Below are positions 29,514-41,435 of a stretch of 64,000 nucleotides of DNA, one piece after another. The notes under the pieces are model-generated. The model saw only the letters and a program-made list of their open reading frames with translations. It did not search any database and was not told the DNA's origin. Origin of the DNA: an uncultured Candidatus Marinamargulisbacteria bacterium (GTDB lineage: Bacteria; Margulisbacteria; Riflemargulisbacteria; GWF2-35-9; DYQY01). The number at the start of each line of letters is the position of its first letter. Position 1 is the first letter of the stretch. Position numbers and translations under genes: made by a program. The stretch spans positions 41,935-105,934 of the forward strand of contig CAZXTL010000001.1 of the NCBI GenBank assembly GCA_964643725.1, given 5' to 3'.

Positions 29514-30764
29514 TTATGATTCAGAATCAGACTCAGAGGTGTCTTTATTGCCTCTTTTCATTATTCCATTCTTAGTTTCGGCTTGAAGAAATTCAATTAG
29601 GTGGTTGACTTCAGCAGAGTCTATTTTTAATTCTTTTTTTATTTTTTCAATTGCTTGGCTAGTGTTCATGCTTGAACGGAAAAGTGCTTTGTAAGCTTCT
29701 TTTAGATTTCTTTGATCGGCTTTGGATACTTCGTTTCTCTCTAAGCCAATTATGTTCATGCTACGAATACAGGCTGGATTACCTTCAATTAGCATATAAG
29801 GAGGTACGTCTTGGTTAACTTTGGAGTAGCCACCGACCATTGCCATTGTTCCTATTCTGGAGAATTGAGTAATGCCTGCCATTCCACCAATAATAACTTT
29901 GTTTTCCATAGTTACATGGCCAGCTATTTGTGCGGCATTAGAGATAACGATGTTATTGCCAAGTACACAGTCGTGAGCTATGTGTACCATAGTTAGTAAT
30001 AGGCAATTATCGCCTATTTTTGTTGTTGCATTTTGGATGGAAGCTCTGTTAATGGTAACGTATTCTCTTATGTCGCAGTTTTTGCCAATATCAACAAAAC
30101 TTTTTTCGCCTTTGTGTTTTTTATCTTGGGTAGCATTTCCAATTATTGAGCCGTATCTTATCTGAGTATTTTCTCCAATGCTTGTCCATTTTTCGATAAC
30201 TACATTTGCTTCAATGGTAACGTTATTTCCTAAAATAACACCTTCACCAATGAAAGCGTTTGAGCCAATCCTAACGTCTTTTCCCAGTACCGCATTTGGA
30301 TGAATCCTTGCGGTAGGATCAATGAGAGTTTCTATTTGTGAGTTAACTAAGGAGAAGGTCATATCAGCCTCTGCTACTAAGTTACCGTCCACAAATGCTT
30401 TGCCTGTGGTTTTTGCTATTGGACCTTTAATTTTTTGTATTTCTACTTCAAAGCGTATTTGATCACCAGGGATTACAGGTTTCCTAAACCTTGCATCATT
30501 TATAGCAGCAAAATAAGCAATTTTGCCTTTAGAAGCAGGAGTGTTTAATAAAATAATACCAGAGAGTTGGGCCATTGCCTCAATGATTAGAACTCCAGGC
30601 ATAACTGGGTGTCCTGGGAAATGTCCTTGAAAATATTGTTCATTAATGGTTGTATTTTTAATTCCTACAGCTCTATTTGTAGTAGCTTCGAGGACACGGT
30701 CTATTAGTAAGAAGGGATATCTGTGTGGAAGAATGTCCATGATTTCGTTAATATTAAAAGTCAT
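29514..30764 (-). CDS. FabZ-LpxA fusion protein
   Basis: Residues about 1-140 are FabZ (LPHRYPFLLIDR, GHFPGHPVMPGVLIIEAMAQ). Residues about 146-416 are LpxA (hexapeptide repeats, REYVTINR, HIAHDC, QDVPPY, C-terminal helical domain). Single ORF with no internal stop. Confidence 0.93.
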   Translation of the reverse strand: MTFNINEIMDILPHRYPFLLIDRVLEATTNRAVGIKNTTINEQYFQGHFPGHPVMPGVLIIEAMAQLSGIILLNTPASKGKIAYFAAINDARFRKPVIPGDQIRFEVEIQKIKGPIAKTTGKAFVDGNLVAEADMTFSLVNSQIETLIDPTARIHPNAVLGKDVRIGSNAFIGEGVILGNNVTIEANVVIEKWTSIGENTQIRYGSIIGNATQDKKHKGEKSFVDIGKNCDIREYVTINRASIQNATTKIGDNCLLLTMVHIAHDCVLGNNIVISNAAQIAGHVTMENKVIIGGMAGITQFSRIGTMAMVGGYSKVNQDVPPYMLIEGNPACIRSMNIIGLERNEVSKADQRNLKEAYKALFRSSMNTSQAIEKIKKELKIDSAEVNHLIEFLQAETKNGIMKRGNKDTSESDSES

Positions 30765-30766
30765 TT

Positions 30767-31303
30767 TTAATTCCTTTTTTCGAAGATCAGTTGTATTTTA
30801 ACAGAAATATCCTGAGGTGATAAGCCGTCTATTTTGAGCTCTACTATTTCCATAGGTAGCTGTAGTGCGTTCAGCTTATTTAGGAATACAGATATATCAT
30901 TTTTGTTTGAGGTAAATTCTATGTACATAGGTTGGATTTGCATCTCATTTGAATCAATATATTTATCAGTAGTAATGTTGATAAGTTTGAAGGAATTTGG
31001 CATTTGTGAAATGACAGTTTTTTTAATTAGAGAAAGGATATTTCCTTGATAAGAAAGGTTTACTAAGTTGGCTTCGATGTTTTCAAGTTCTTGTTTTTTT
31101 ATCATGGATTCAGAAATTTTTGAATTCATTTCTTCTAATTCTTTTTGATAGTTTTTGATAAGAGTTTGATAAGTTTCTTTTTTTTGTATTTTAGGATAGA
31201 TAATTACTTCTAGTAGAAGCAAAGTGAATAATCCTAGAAAAATCCATAGTAAATATTTTTTTTCTTCTGGTAAGAAGAAATTATTTCGTTTCATTTCTTT
31301 CAT
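30767..31303 (-). CDS. PilO-like inner-membrane protein
   Basis: One N-terminal TM, a coiled coil, then a ferredoxin-like tail (IEF...ISVFLNKL...IVELKI). Confidence 0.55.
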   Translation of the reverse strand: MKEMKRNNFFLPEEKKYLLWIFLGLFTLLLLEVIIYPKIQKKETYQTLIKNYQKELEEMNSKISESMIKKQELENIEANLVNLSYQGNILSLIKKTVISQMPNSFKLINITTDKYIDSNEMQIQPMYIEFTSNKNDISVFLNKLNALQLPMEIVELKIDGLSPQDISVKIQLIFEKRN

Positions 31304-32796
31304 AATTCTACCTCTATGGTAAACCGTATAGGTGTTTCAGGACTTATCCTTTTTAATAATATTTTTTGTGTTTTATTTGAATCACTTAGTATATTTAGGT
31401 AATTATATACAGTTTTTTCTTTCTGCGCTTTGCCTGAGATAAGGATTTTTTTATCCCTTAATTGAATGTTCATTTCTTTGAGATTAATTTCATTTGGGGT
31501 GTTTTTGATTATGCTTTCTAAAGAAGTTTTTATTGTGTTATTTTCTTTGCTGAGATTCGTGATTCGTTCCTCAATTATTTTGAGTTTTTTTAATTTATAT
31601 AGCGATTCTGATACCTCGATATATTGTGCTTTGGTGCTTGTAACCTGATCTTTAATTCCATAAAGAGAGGTTTTATCCATATATATGGAATTGGTCAGGC
31701 GAAGATTAAAGTAAGTAACGATGCAAATAATAGCAATTAGTAAAGTAAAAAATGCAATTATATTTTTTGGCATCTTTATTACTTTTTTATAAGTTTCTTC
31801 AGAATAAGTTTTTTTAGGTATATAGGTAATAAATATTTGCATGTCTTTGACAATTTGAATGGCTTTATATATTAAGGAGAGAAGTCTTTTCTCTATGATA
31901 ACTTTGTGGGCATTGGTAGCAATTTTTATTTCTGGAATATTTACATATGGGCATGGGATATTTAGTTTCTCAGAGATTATTTTCGTAAGATCAGAGTGTG
32001 TAAGTTTTTCAGTTATGAGAGCAGCAGATGTGATATTTATTTTATTTGTTGAGCAAATGAATTGTATTTCTTTTTGTAGATCGGATAAGGTGTCATTAAT
32101 GAGTAGCCTAGTATTAAACCCAAGCTCTTTATCAAAAGACAATCTAAGTGATAGTTTATTGTTGATTTGGTTGTCAGAAAGTCCGTCTTCTTGGAGGCAT
32201 AATTTTAGTCTATCAATAGAAAATGGAAGTGTTGAGATAGCTATAACGTTAGCTTCATCTTTTATTATGATATTAGTTTGTGTATCTGTTATATGGATTA
32301 TTAGAGGCGTATTAGAAAATTCTTTAGAGCCTATGATGGATAACGTTAAGCAATAATTGGCTGGTATCCACTGGATGTTTTTGCTTTGTTTTATTCTGGA
32401 AATATTTTTATTAATAGTTTGGTAAAATTTTATAGGCATGATTAGAACAGCAAGCAAATATTCAATTTTATCGCCTTGAGATTCAGATACTATTTTATAT
32501 TTAATGATTGTATCTTTAGTCGGGATGTAATTGTTGTGTAGTTTATTTAGAAGTGTTTCATTAAAGTTGTCGGTAGCTCCAATAGTTACTCTAATGAAGA
32601 TAGTTGTAACATTAGTTGTTTCAGGGATTACAATAATTCTTGCTATATCAATTTTCTGTTCTTTAGTAAAAGAATGTAAACAGGACTTAAGGTCTTCGCA
32701 GGAGCATTGCCTAGTCGCTAATATTTCATGATTGTCATTTATTACAACACAAATGACTTTATCATCTGATAGATGGATTACTAAATGATTGGTCAT
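31300..32796 (-). CDS. PilM-PilN-like fusion (divergent)
   Basis: N-terminal actin-like pattern (VIHLSDDKV), a TM near residue 345-365, and a C-terminal PilN-like IIKNTPNEINLKEM...ILISGKA...VYNYLNIL; directly upstream of the pilO-like gene. Confidence 0.5.
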   Translation of the reverse strand: MTNHLVIHLSDDKVICVVINDNHEILATRQCSCEDLKSCLHSFTKEQKIDIARIIVIPETTNVTTIFIRVTIGATDNFNETLLNKLHNNYIPTKDTIIKYKIVSESQGDKIEYLLAVLIMPIKFYQTINKNISRIKQSKNIQWIPANYCLTLSIIGSKEFSNTPLIIHITDTQTNIIIKDEANVIAISTLPFSIDRLKLCLQEDGLSDNQINNKLSLRLSFDKELGFNTRLLINDTLSDLQKEIQFICSTNKINITSAALITEKLTHSDLTKIISEKLNIPCPYVNIPEIKIATNAHKVIIEKRLLSLIYKAIQIVKDMQIFITYIPKKTYSEETYKKVIKMPKNIIAFFTLLIAIICIVTYFNLRLTNSIYMDKTSLYGIKDQVTSTKAQYIEVSESLYKLKKLKIIEERITNLSKENNTIKTSLESIIKNTPNEINLKEMNIQLRDKKILISGKAQKEKTVYNYLNILSDSNKTQKILLKRISPETPIRFTIEVEL

Positions 32797-32913
32797 TAGA
32801 TCCCCCCGATCTTTATTAAATTATAGCGTTTAGTAATGTGATTGTCATTGATACAGGGTTTTTAAGAAAGGGGTTTCTTAACTTTCTTTATGTTAGTAGC
32901 ACTAATTTAACAC

Positions 32914-32938
32914 GTCATTCCCGCGTAGGCGGGAATCT
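32914..32938 (+). repeat. GTCAT-type REP (ATTCCC-N8-GGGAAT core)
   Basis: GTCATTCCCGCGTAGGCGGGAATCT. Confidence 0.85.
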
Positions 32939-33000
32939 GTTCATATATTAAAAGTGAACTTTTAGATTCTCTTTCAATAAGCTCTCATTATTTTGTTATT

Positions 33001-33026
33001 GTTACTTTTGCTTGATCAAAAGTAAC
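33001..33026. repeat. AT-rich hairpin element
   Basis: GTTACTTTTG-CTTGAT-CAAAAGTAAC, 10-bp perfect stem. Confidence 0.6.
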
Positions 33027-33197
33027 CAAAAATCAAGAGTGCTCCAATTCGCTGTGTGCCTTTTGGGTAATTTTTATCGCACCCATTGATTGGCCGGAAA
33101 ATATTTATAGTGTAGCGTAGGTGGGCATGCTCCTAAAATTTCTACAAAGGCAACTGGCTCAAATTCCGCACTCACGTAAATGCTAAAAATGATAAAT

Positions 33198-33915
33198 TTA
33201 GAAATTAAAACCAGATTGAACTACTAATCCACTTGATAAAATCTTAGAAGGATAGTTTGTTGAACCATAATAGGTTGTATAACTTAAAGTGCTATAAAAA
33301 TAGGAGTTAAATTGATAGTAAATAAATGCTTGATAGCCAATTCCACTTGTTACAGATGTTATGTCTCCATGAAATATAGAGTAATTTAAACCTCCTCCTA
33401 TGCTTAACTTTTCCATGATGGGTTTTTGAAAATTAACATGAATATCACTAATCCCATAATTAGAGTTTATAGCAGAACCTGCATAGGATATTACGCTGCC
33501 TAAATAATGAATGCCACCAACCAAAATTTTTGTTCCTTCAAATCTAATTACATAATCAAAATTTACACCAAATTGAGGAGAGTAACTATAAATATAAGTT
33601 GTGCTAGAATTACTCGCTGAAATGCCTCTTAATCCAGCATTTATTCCTATTCGCATATTGTCATTATTTTGTGGTGGGGTTTTTTCGTTTTTTCTTTCTT
33701 CTATCTCAACATATTCTTGATCTATTTTAGCAATAGTACTGTTAGCAATTTTTATTTCACCATCTATTGTTTGAATAATTACTATAGATTCTGTTTGTTT
33801 TAAATTTTTTCTCCATCTATTTCCTTTTTTTATTTTTTTAAGCCAATTTTCCGGGCGCCCGGAAAATTGAGATTATAAAGAAACTATATAATAACATAAA
33901 AAAATAATGTTTCAT
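33198..33915 (-). pseudogene. Small outer-membrane beta-barrel protein gene with a disrupted 5' end
   Basis: The frame is open 33872-33198 with alternating beta-strands ending VQSGFNF. A signal-peptide-like MKHYFFMLLYSFFIISIF starts at 33915 in another frame and stops at 33840-33838. Confidence 0.55.
33844..33869. repeat. Perfect 26-bp palindrome
   Basis: CAATTTTCCGGGC|GCCCGGAAAATTG. Confidence 0.95.
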
Positions 33916-33969
33916 CGCGTTAGTATTGTGGTACATTAGTATTATAAAAGATTAGTATTGGAAGTTTAA

Positions 33970-34251
33970 TTGATAAAAAGCTTTAAGGATAATAATACAG
34001 AGAGTATATGGAACGGTGACTTTGTTAAAAAGATACCTGAAGATATACAAAAAATTGGAAGAAGAAAATTAAGGATGCTTAATAGTTCTATACAATTTAA
34101 CGACCTTAAAGTACCACCAGCTAATCATTTAGAGAAATTGAAAAATGATAGACAAGGTCAATATAGCATCAGAATTAATGACCAATGGCGAGTTTGCTTT
34201 GTTTGGAGAAATGGCCACAGTTATGATGTTCAAATTGTAGACTATCATTAA
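33970..34251 (+). CDS. higB: HigB (RelE-family) toxin
   Basis: TTG start; MIKSFK, RKLRML, DLKVPPANHLEKL, YSIRINDQWRVCF, IVDYH. Confidence 0.93.
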   Translation: MIKSFKDNNTESIWNGDFVKKIPEDIQKIGRRKLRMLNSSIQFNDLKVPPANHLEKLKNDRQGQYSIRINDQWRVCFVWRNGHSYDVQIVDYH

Positions 34252-34262
34252 TAAAGGAGAAA

Positions 34263-34568
34263 ATGAAAATGAAAGAGAAGTTGAAAATACACAATATTAC
34301 ACCAGGTGAAATCTTGTTAGAGGAGTTTTTGAAACCAGTAGGGATAACGATGTATCGATTATCTAAGGAAATAGGAGTGCCTCAGATTAGAATATCTAAT
34401 ATTATAAATAACAAAACAAAGATAACTCCTGATACAGCGATTAGATTCTCTATGTTCTTCGGAAATTCAGCAGAATTCTGGTTAGGAATTCAAAACAGCT
34501 ACGATCTTGAAGAATTACAAGTAAATAAAAGTAAGTTTGAGCATATTAATAAATATGTAGCTGCTTAG
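34263..34568 (+). CDS. higA: HigA antitoxin
   Basis: TPGEILLEEFL, ITPDTAIRF, FGNSAEFWLGIQ..YDL. Confidence 0.93.
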   Translation: MKMKEKLKIHNITPGEILLEEFLKPVGITMYRLSKEIGVPQIRISNIINNKTKITPDTAIRFSMFFGNSAEFWLGIQNSYDLEELQVNKSKFEHINKYVAA

Positions 34569-34594
34569 TTTTTTTTATGGTTATTCGTACAGTG

Positions 34595-34659
34595 CTGGAT
34601 TCCCGCCTGCGCGGGAATGACAAATGAACGCGGGAATGACAAATGAATGCGGGAATGAC
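34595..34659. repeat. GTCAT-type REP with a tandemly amplified end
   Basis: CTGGATTCCCGCCTGCGCGGGAATGAC (34595-621) followed by 19-bp units GCGGGAATGACAAATGAA(C/T) at 34611, 34630 and (partial) 34649. Confidence 0.85.
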
Positions 34660-34708
34660 TAGAAAGAAGCAGAGAATTACTACAGATTCAAAAATTATAG
34701 GCAATTAA

Positions 34709-34782
34709 ACCTTCTCTGTCAGGAGAAGGTGCTGAGACGACAAGTATGAATAATAAACAAAGTATCTATCCAGCGGATGAGG
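34709..34782. repeat. CCTTCTC/GAGAAGG hairpin element (may also terminate the convergent higA and SLH genes)
   Basis: ACCTTCTC-TGTCAG-GAGAAGGT (34709-30) and a trailing GCGGATGAGG (34773-82); related to the hairpin at 62886-62917. Confidence 0.5.
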
Positions 34783-34787
34783 CAGGT

Positions 34788-36026
34788 TTAATTAACCGAC
34801 AGGTTACCATTCGAGTAGTTGATTTTGCCTTTGCCTGCTTCTTCTATTAGGTTAAAGGCGTTGAACATTTTATATTCATAGGATAGGTCGCTTTTATTGA
34901 ATTTTGAGAGGTCAACAGCAGAAGTAAAGAGGTTATCTCCTTTGATTTTATCAAGACCTTTGCCATCATCAGCAAGTAAAATATTTTTAGTGTGGTAATT
35001 ATCAGAAAAGGTTAATTCTATATAGATTATTTTTCTGTCGGTGTTAGAAATCCCAGTAATTTTAAATGTTTGCTTAGTGATAGGGAAGAAGCTTATGTCT
35101 ATGGATTTTGCTGTTTGTCCTAGGTTAGTTTTTATGGGAGATAGGTCAAGTCCAATGCTTAGAGTATCTTTTATTCTTTTTCTGAGTGTATCTGTTCTGG
35201 AAATGATGTAAGCTATTTCTCCTCTGGTTACTGCTCTGTTTGGGTAGATTTCTTTACGGTTAGTCCATTCTTTGGGTAAATAACCAGCTATCGCTACATC
35301 TGATAGCAATTTCTCGTCTGCTTGATTATAGTTAATATCAACAAATGGTTTCAATTGTTCGGTTGTTTGGACACTCATAAGCGGTTTTAAGAGTAATATT
35401 ATTTCTTTTCTTGATAGGAAAGATTCAGTGCCAAATAACCCAGCTTCTTTGGGTTCAATAAGTTTTTTATTTAAAGCTGTTTGAATATATTCATATGCCC
35501 AGTGGTTAGGTAGTAGGTCTTTGAAATAGTACTTTGTTCTATAGTCCAAAGGATCTATTTTGTGGAGCTTAATAAGTGTATGAACAACCTCAGCTTTGGT
35601 TATAAAGGTATCTGGTCTAAAGAAGTCAGTGCCCAAATACGACCCCATAACCTTCATCGTAAGCAGTATTTCAATTTCTTTTTTAAAAGGGCTTAGATAA
35701 GTGTCTAATAATGTTTGTAGGGTTATTACGTTTAAGTCTTTTTGTGTTGAATATTCATTATTTCTTGCCACTAGTCGATAAACTTTCTTGCCTGGTTGTT
35801 GTTCGGGGATAATAATACGGAATAATCCTTTTTCAATTGTGACTTTATTGTTATTGATGTAAAGATTATCTGCTCTTTTTAATTCACCAAAGATGGTTGT
35901 TTTGCCTGTGGTGATAATGGGATCGTTTTCAATCGGTGAGATTATTTTGAGTATAGGTTGCTGACCAAAAGCTAAAGATAGAGCTAATAGTAGTAAAACA
36001 AATTTTTTGTTGCAAATAGCGTGCAT
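34788..36026 (-). CDS. S-layer homology (SLH) domain protein
   Basis: Signal peptide; SLH motifs FRPDTFITKAEV, FKDLLPNHWAYEYI, SFLSRKEI, YPNRAVTRGEIA; C-terminal LADDGKGLDKIKGDNLFT resembling choice-of-anchor X. Confidence 0.82.
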   Translation of the reverse strand: MHAICNKKFVLLLLALSLAFGQQPILKIISPIENDPIITTGKTTIFGELKRADNLYINNNKVTIEKGLFRIIIPEQQPGKKVYRLVARNNEYSTQKDLNVITLQTLLDTYLSPFKKEIEILLTMKVMGSYLGTDFFRPDTFITKAEVVHTLIKLHKIDPLDYRTKYYFKDLLPNHWAYEYIQTALNKKLIEPKEAGLFGTESFLSRKEIILLLKPLMSVQTTEQLKPFVDINYNQADEKLLSDVAIAGYLPKEWTNRKEIYPNRAVTRGEIAYIISRTDTLRKRIKDTLSIGLDLSPIKTNLGQTAKSIDISFFPITKQTFKITGISNTDRKIIYIELTFSDNYHTKNILLADDGKGLDKIKGDNLFTSAVDLSKFNKSDLSYEYKMFNAFNLIEEAGKGKINYSNGNLSVN

Positions 36027-36028
36027 TG

Positions 36029-36270
36029 TTAACAGAAAACTATAGCTTTATTGTCTTCGATTAATAATAAAGAATCTTCTCTTAAGGTGATTTTCTTTTT
36101 TGCTTCATCTCCTGGTTTATCCATAACTGCTATTTCACCTTTTTTTAAGACAGTCACGTAGTTTGCGTGATGGTCCATAAAAGTTATTTTTCCATCAATA
36201 GCAGTGGTCGAAAATCCATAGATATCACCTTCAAAAATCATTGCTTCAGAACCAGATACCTTTAAATGCA

Positions 36271-36271
<1 letters not shown>
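36029..36271 (-). CDS. atpC: ATP synthase epsilon subunit (beta-sandwich only, 80 aa)
   Basis: Follows atpD with a TAATG overlap; GKITFMDHHANYVTVLKKGEI matches the epsilon N-domain. Confidence 0.85.
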
Positions 36272-38474
<2,203 letters not shown>

Positions 38475-38482
<8 letters not shown>

Positions 38483-40004
38483 TATTTAAATAAATCTCTT
38501 TAATAATTTTTGGCAATATAGCATTAAGTTCAGTAATGTCTTCGTTAGTTACATTTTTTGCAACATCTATTTTCTCATAAAGAGAGTAAGCCATTTCCTT
38601 AAAAACTTTAATAAAATCATTTTGGAAAAAATGTACTTTATCAAGAGGCACGTCATCAAGAAATCCGTTGATAGCAGTATAGATTATTAATACCTGGTCA
38701 GTGACATAGATAAGATAGTGTTCTTTTTGTTTTAATACTTGAATAAGCGTTTTGCCTCTTTTCAATTGTAGTGTGGTTACTTCATCTAAGTCAGAAGCAA
38801 ACAATGAAAACTTTTCTTTTTCTCTGTATTGAGCAAGAGTTATTCTTAGTAAGCCTGCTACTTTTTTCATTCCTTTTGTTTGCGCTGCACCACCAACTCT
38901 AGAAACAGAGATGCCAGGATTTACTGCTGGACGAAGGTTAGCATTAAAAAGCTCAGAAGAGAGGAATATTTGTCCGTCAGTAATAGAGATTACGTTTGTT
39001 GGGATGTAAGCAGATACGTCTCCTGCTTGTGTTTCTATGATAGGAAGTGCGGTCATGGAGCCACCACCAAGTTCATTATTGAGCTGAGCAGCTCTTTCTA
39101 GGAGTCTGGAGTGAGTATAAAAGATATCTCCAGGATAGGCTTCTCTTCCAGGTGGTCTCTTTAGTAGTAAGGAAATGTTTCTGTAAGCATGAGCATGCTT
39201 AGTAAGGTCATCGTAAATAATAAGCGTGCGTTTGCCTTGGAACATGAAATGTTCAGCTATGGCGCATCCGGCATATGGAGCGTAGTATTGAAGCGCAGAA
39301 GGAGAAGAGGCAGAAGCATTAACAATAATCGTATATGCCATTGCTTGATGTTCTTCTAATGTTTTTTTAATTTTTGCAACAGATGAATTCTTTTGTCCAA
39401 TAGCAACATAAACACAAATAACGTCTTTATTTTTTTGATTTATTATAGTGTCTATAGCAAGAGCTGTTTTACCAGTTTGTCTGTCACCAATAATAAGTTC
39501 TCTTTGTCCATGTCCTATTGGAACCATGGCATCGATGGTTATATATCCTGTTTGGAGAGGAGTATCTACAGGTTTTCTTTCAATAATTCCTGGAGGCACA
39601 ACAGTTAGAGGTCTGTATCCATCGTTCTTTATGTCGCCTAAACCGTCCATGGGATCACCTTGTGGGTCAATTACTCTTCCTAAGAAATTTTCTCCAACAG
39701 GTATTTCAATAATACGGTCAGTCTTTTTAACAGAATGTCCCTCTTTAACTTTGTTATGTCGTTCTAAAACAACAGCAACTAATTCTTCTTTTTCTAAATT
39801 AAAAACAACACCAAAGACATTATTGCCAAAATCAAGGATTTCTCCCATGAGTGCTCCTGGTAGTCCGCCAACTCTAGCGATACCGTCTCCACTATCAAGG
39901 ACTATGCCCACTTCTTGTTTTTTAATGGTATCTCCATAATGCTCAATTTGTTCAAGAATTTCTTCAACTATATTAAGTTTTTGTTCTAATTTTTCTCCAA
40001 GCAT
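38475..40004 (-). CDS. atpA: ATP synthase alpha subunit
   Basis: [43 protein letters not shown]; RBS AAGGAAGG. Confidence 0.98.
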
Positions 40005-40007
40005 TTT

Positions 40008-40565
40008 CTATACCTTCCTTTTTGTTATCATATCTTTTATTTTGTCGACTCTTCTTCTTAACGTAGCGTCAATCTCCCCTTCATGCCATCGAAGCTTAAA
40101 GCCACCAAGCATATTGGGAACAGATTTATAGATGAACTCAACTTTCTTTTTGTTAATAGTTTCAATCTTTTGTTTATAGAAAGTAAGTATTTTTTCGTCT
40201 ACAGGGTATCTGGAGATAACTTCTACTAAGAGAAGGTTTGTTTCTTCGGCAAAATAATATTTAAATATGTGCATAATGTAACTGAGTTTATGGAACAGAT
40301 TCTTTCTAATTAAATATATAAGAAACGCCATAGTGTATTCTGAAGGGTCTTCAATCAGTTTCCCTATTATCATTAGAAGAATTTTTTGTCTGGTAGCTGG
40401 TTCTATAAGTATATTTTCTAAGTAATACTTGATTTGACTATTACCAGAGATGACCCAATGTATTTCATATAATTCGCGGACAATGTTGACAATAGCCTTT
40501 CTGTCGTTGTTCTTAACGATTGACTGAAAAAGGTTATGATAGGCTATTTCTTCACTTTTATTCAA
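40008..40565 (-). CDS. atpH: ATP synthase delta subunit
   Basis: Operon position; C-terminal MLGGFKLRWHEGEIDATL. Confidence 0.85.
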   Translation of the reverse strand: MNKSEEIAYHNLFQSIVKNNDRKAIVNIVRELYEIHWVISGNSQIKYYLENILIEPATRQKILLMIIGKLIEDPSEYTMAFLIYLIRKNLFHKLSYIMHIFKYYFAEETNLLLVEVISRYPVDEKILTFYKQKIETINKKKVEFIYKSVPNMLGGFKLRWHEGEIDATLRRRVDKIKDMITKRKV

Positions 40566-41049
40566 CAGAAGTTACCACCTTTATTATTTCTGCATTAACT
40601 TTTTTGTCTATATCTTCATCTACTATGTTGTATAGAATTTGTTTTATAGATTTAGATATAATTTTTGATACATCTTTTCGAACATCTGCAAAAGCTTTGT
40701 TTTTTTCTTTCACAATTTCGATATGAGCTCTGTCTATTACTGAAGTAGCTTCCAAATGTGCTTTTTGAATAAGCTCGTGTCTAATGGTGTTGCATTCGTG
40801 CTTAGTGTCGCTGAGTATTTTTTTTCTTCTCTCAGCAGCTTGCATGCTTTCTTCTTTAATCTTTTCTGTTAATTCCAATATTTCTTTGTTGCGTTTTTCG
40901 TAAGACTTTTGCATACCCTCTATCTTTTTTCTTCTAGCTTCAATGTAAAAAAACAGCTTTGGCCAGATAGCATAACGAACAACGAATAACATTAGAAAAA
41001 ATGCTATCAAATTCCAAACGATTAGTAGACTATTAGTGGTGCTTTCCAT
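40558..41049 (-). CDS. atpF: ATP synthase b subunit
   Basis: N-terminal TM (LIAFFLMLFVV), WPKL..RRKKI, long coiled coil. Confidence 0.9.
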   Translation of the reverse strand: MESTTNSLLIVWNLIAFFLMLFVVRYAIWPKLFFYIEARRKKIEGMQKSYEKRNKEILELTEKIKEESMQAAERRKKILSDTKHECNTIRHELIQKAHLEATSVIDRAHIEIVKEKNKAFADVRKDVSKIISKSIKQILYNIVDEDIDKKVNAEIIKVVTSVE

Positions 41050-41058
41050 ATTAAATTT

Positions 41059-41319
<261 letters not shown>

Positions 41320-41399
41320 TTATTTATTTAACTTTCTTTTTCCCTTTTCCTTTTTTCTTTAATATTTATCTATTTTAATGTTTAAATTATAGTCATTGA

Positions 41400-41431
41400 A
41401 CATATAAACACATCAACACATAAACATTTTA
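41400..41431 (+). repeat. Degenerate octamer tandem repeat in the atpB-atpE intergenic region
   Basis: CATATAAA CACATCAA CACATAAA CATTTTAA. Confidence 0.45.
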
Positions 41432-41435
41432 ACCT

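Noticed and set aside
34611-34659. 19-bp direct repeats as a CRISPR array
   Set aside because: The units are contiguous with no unique spacers and derive from a REP end.
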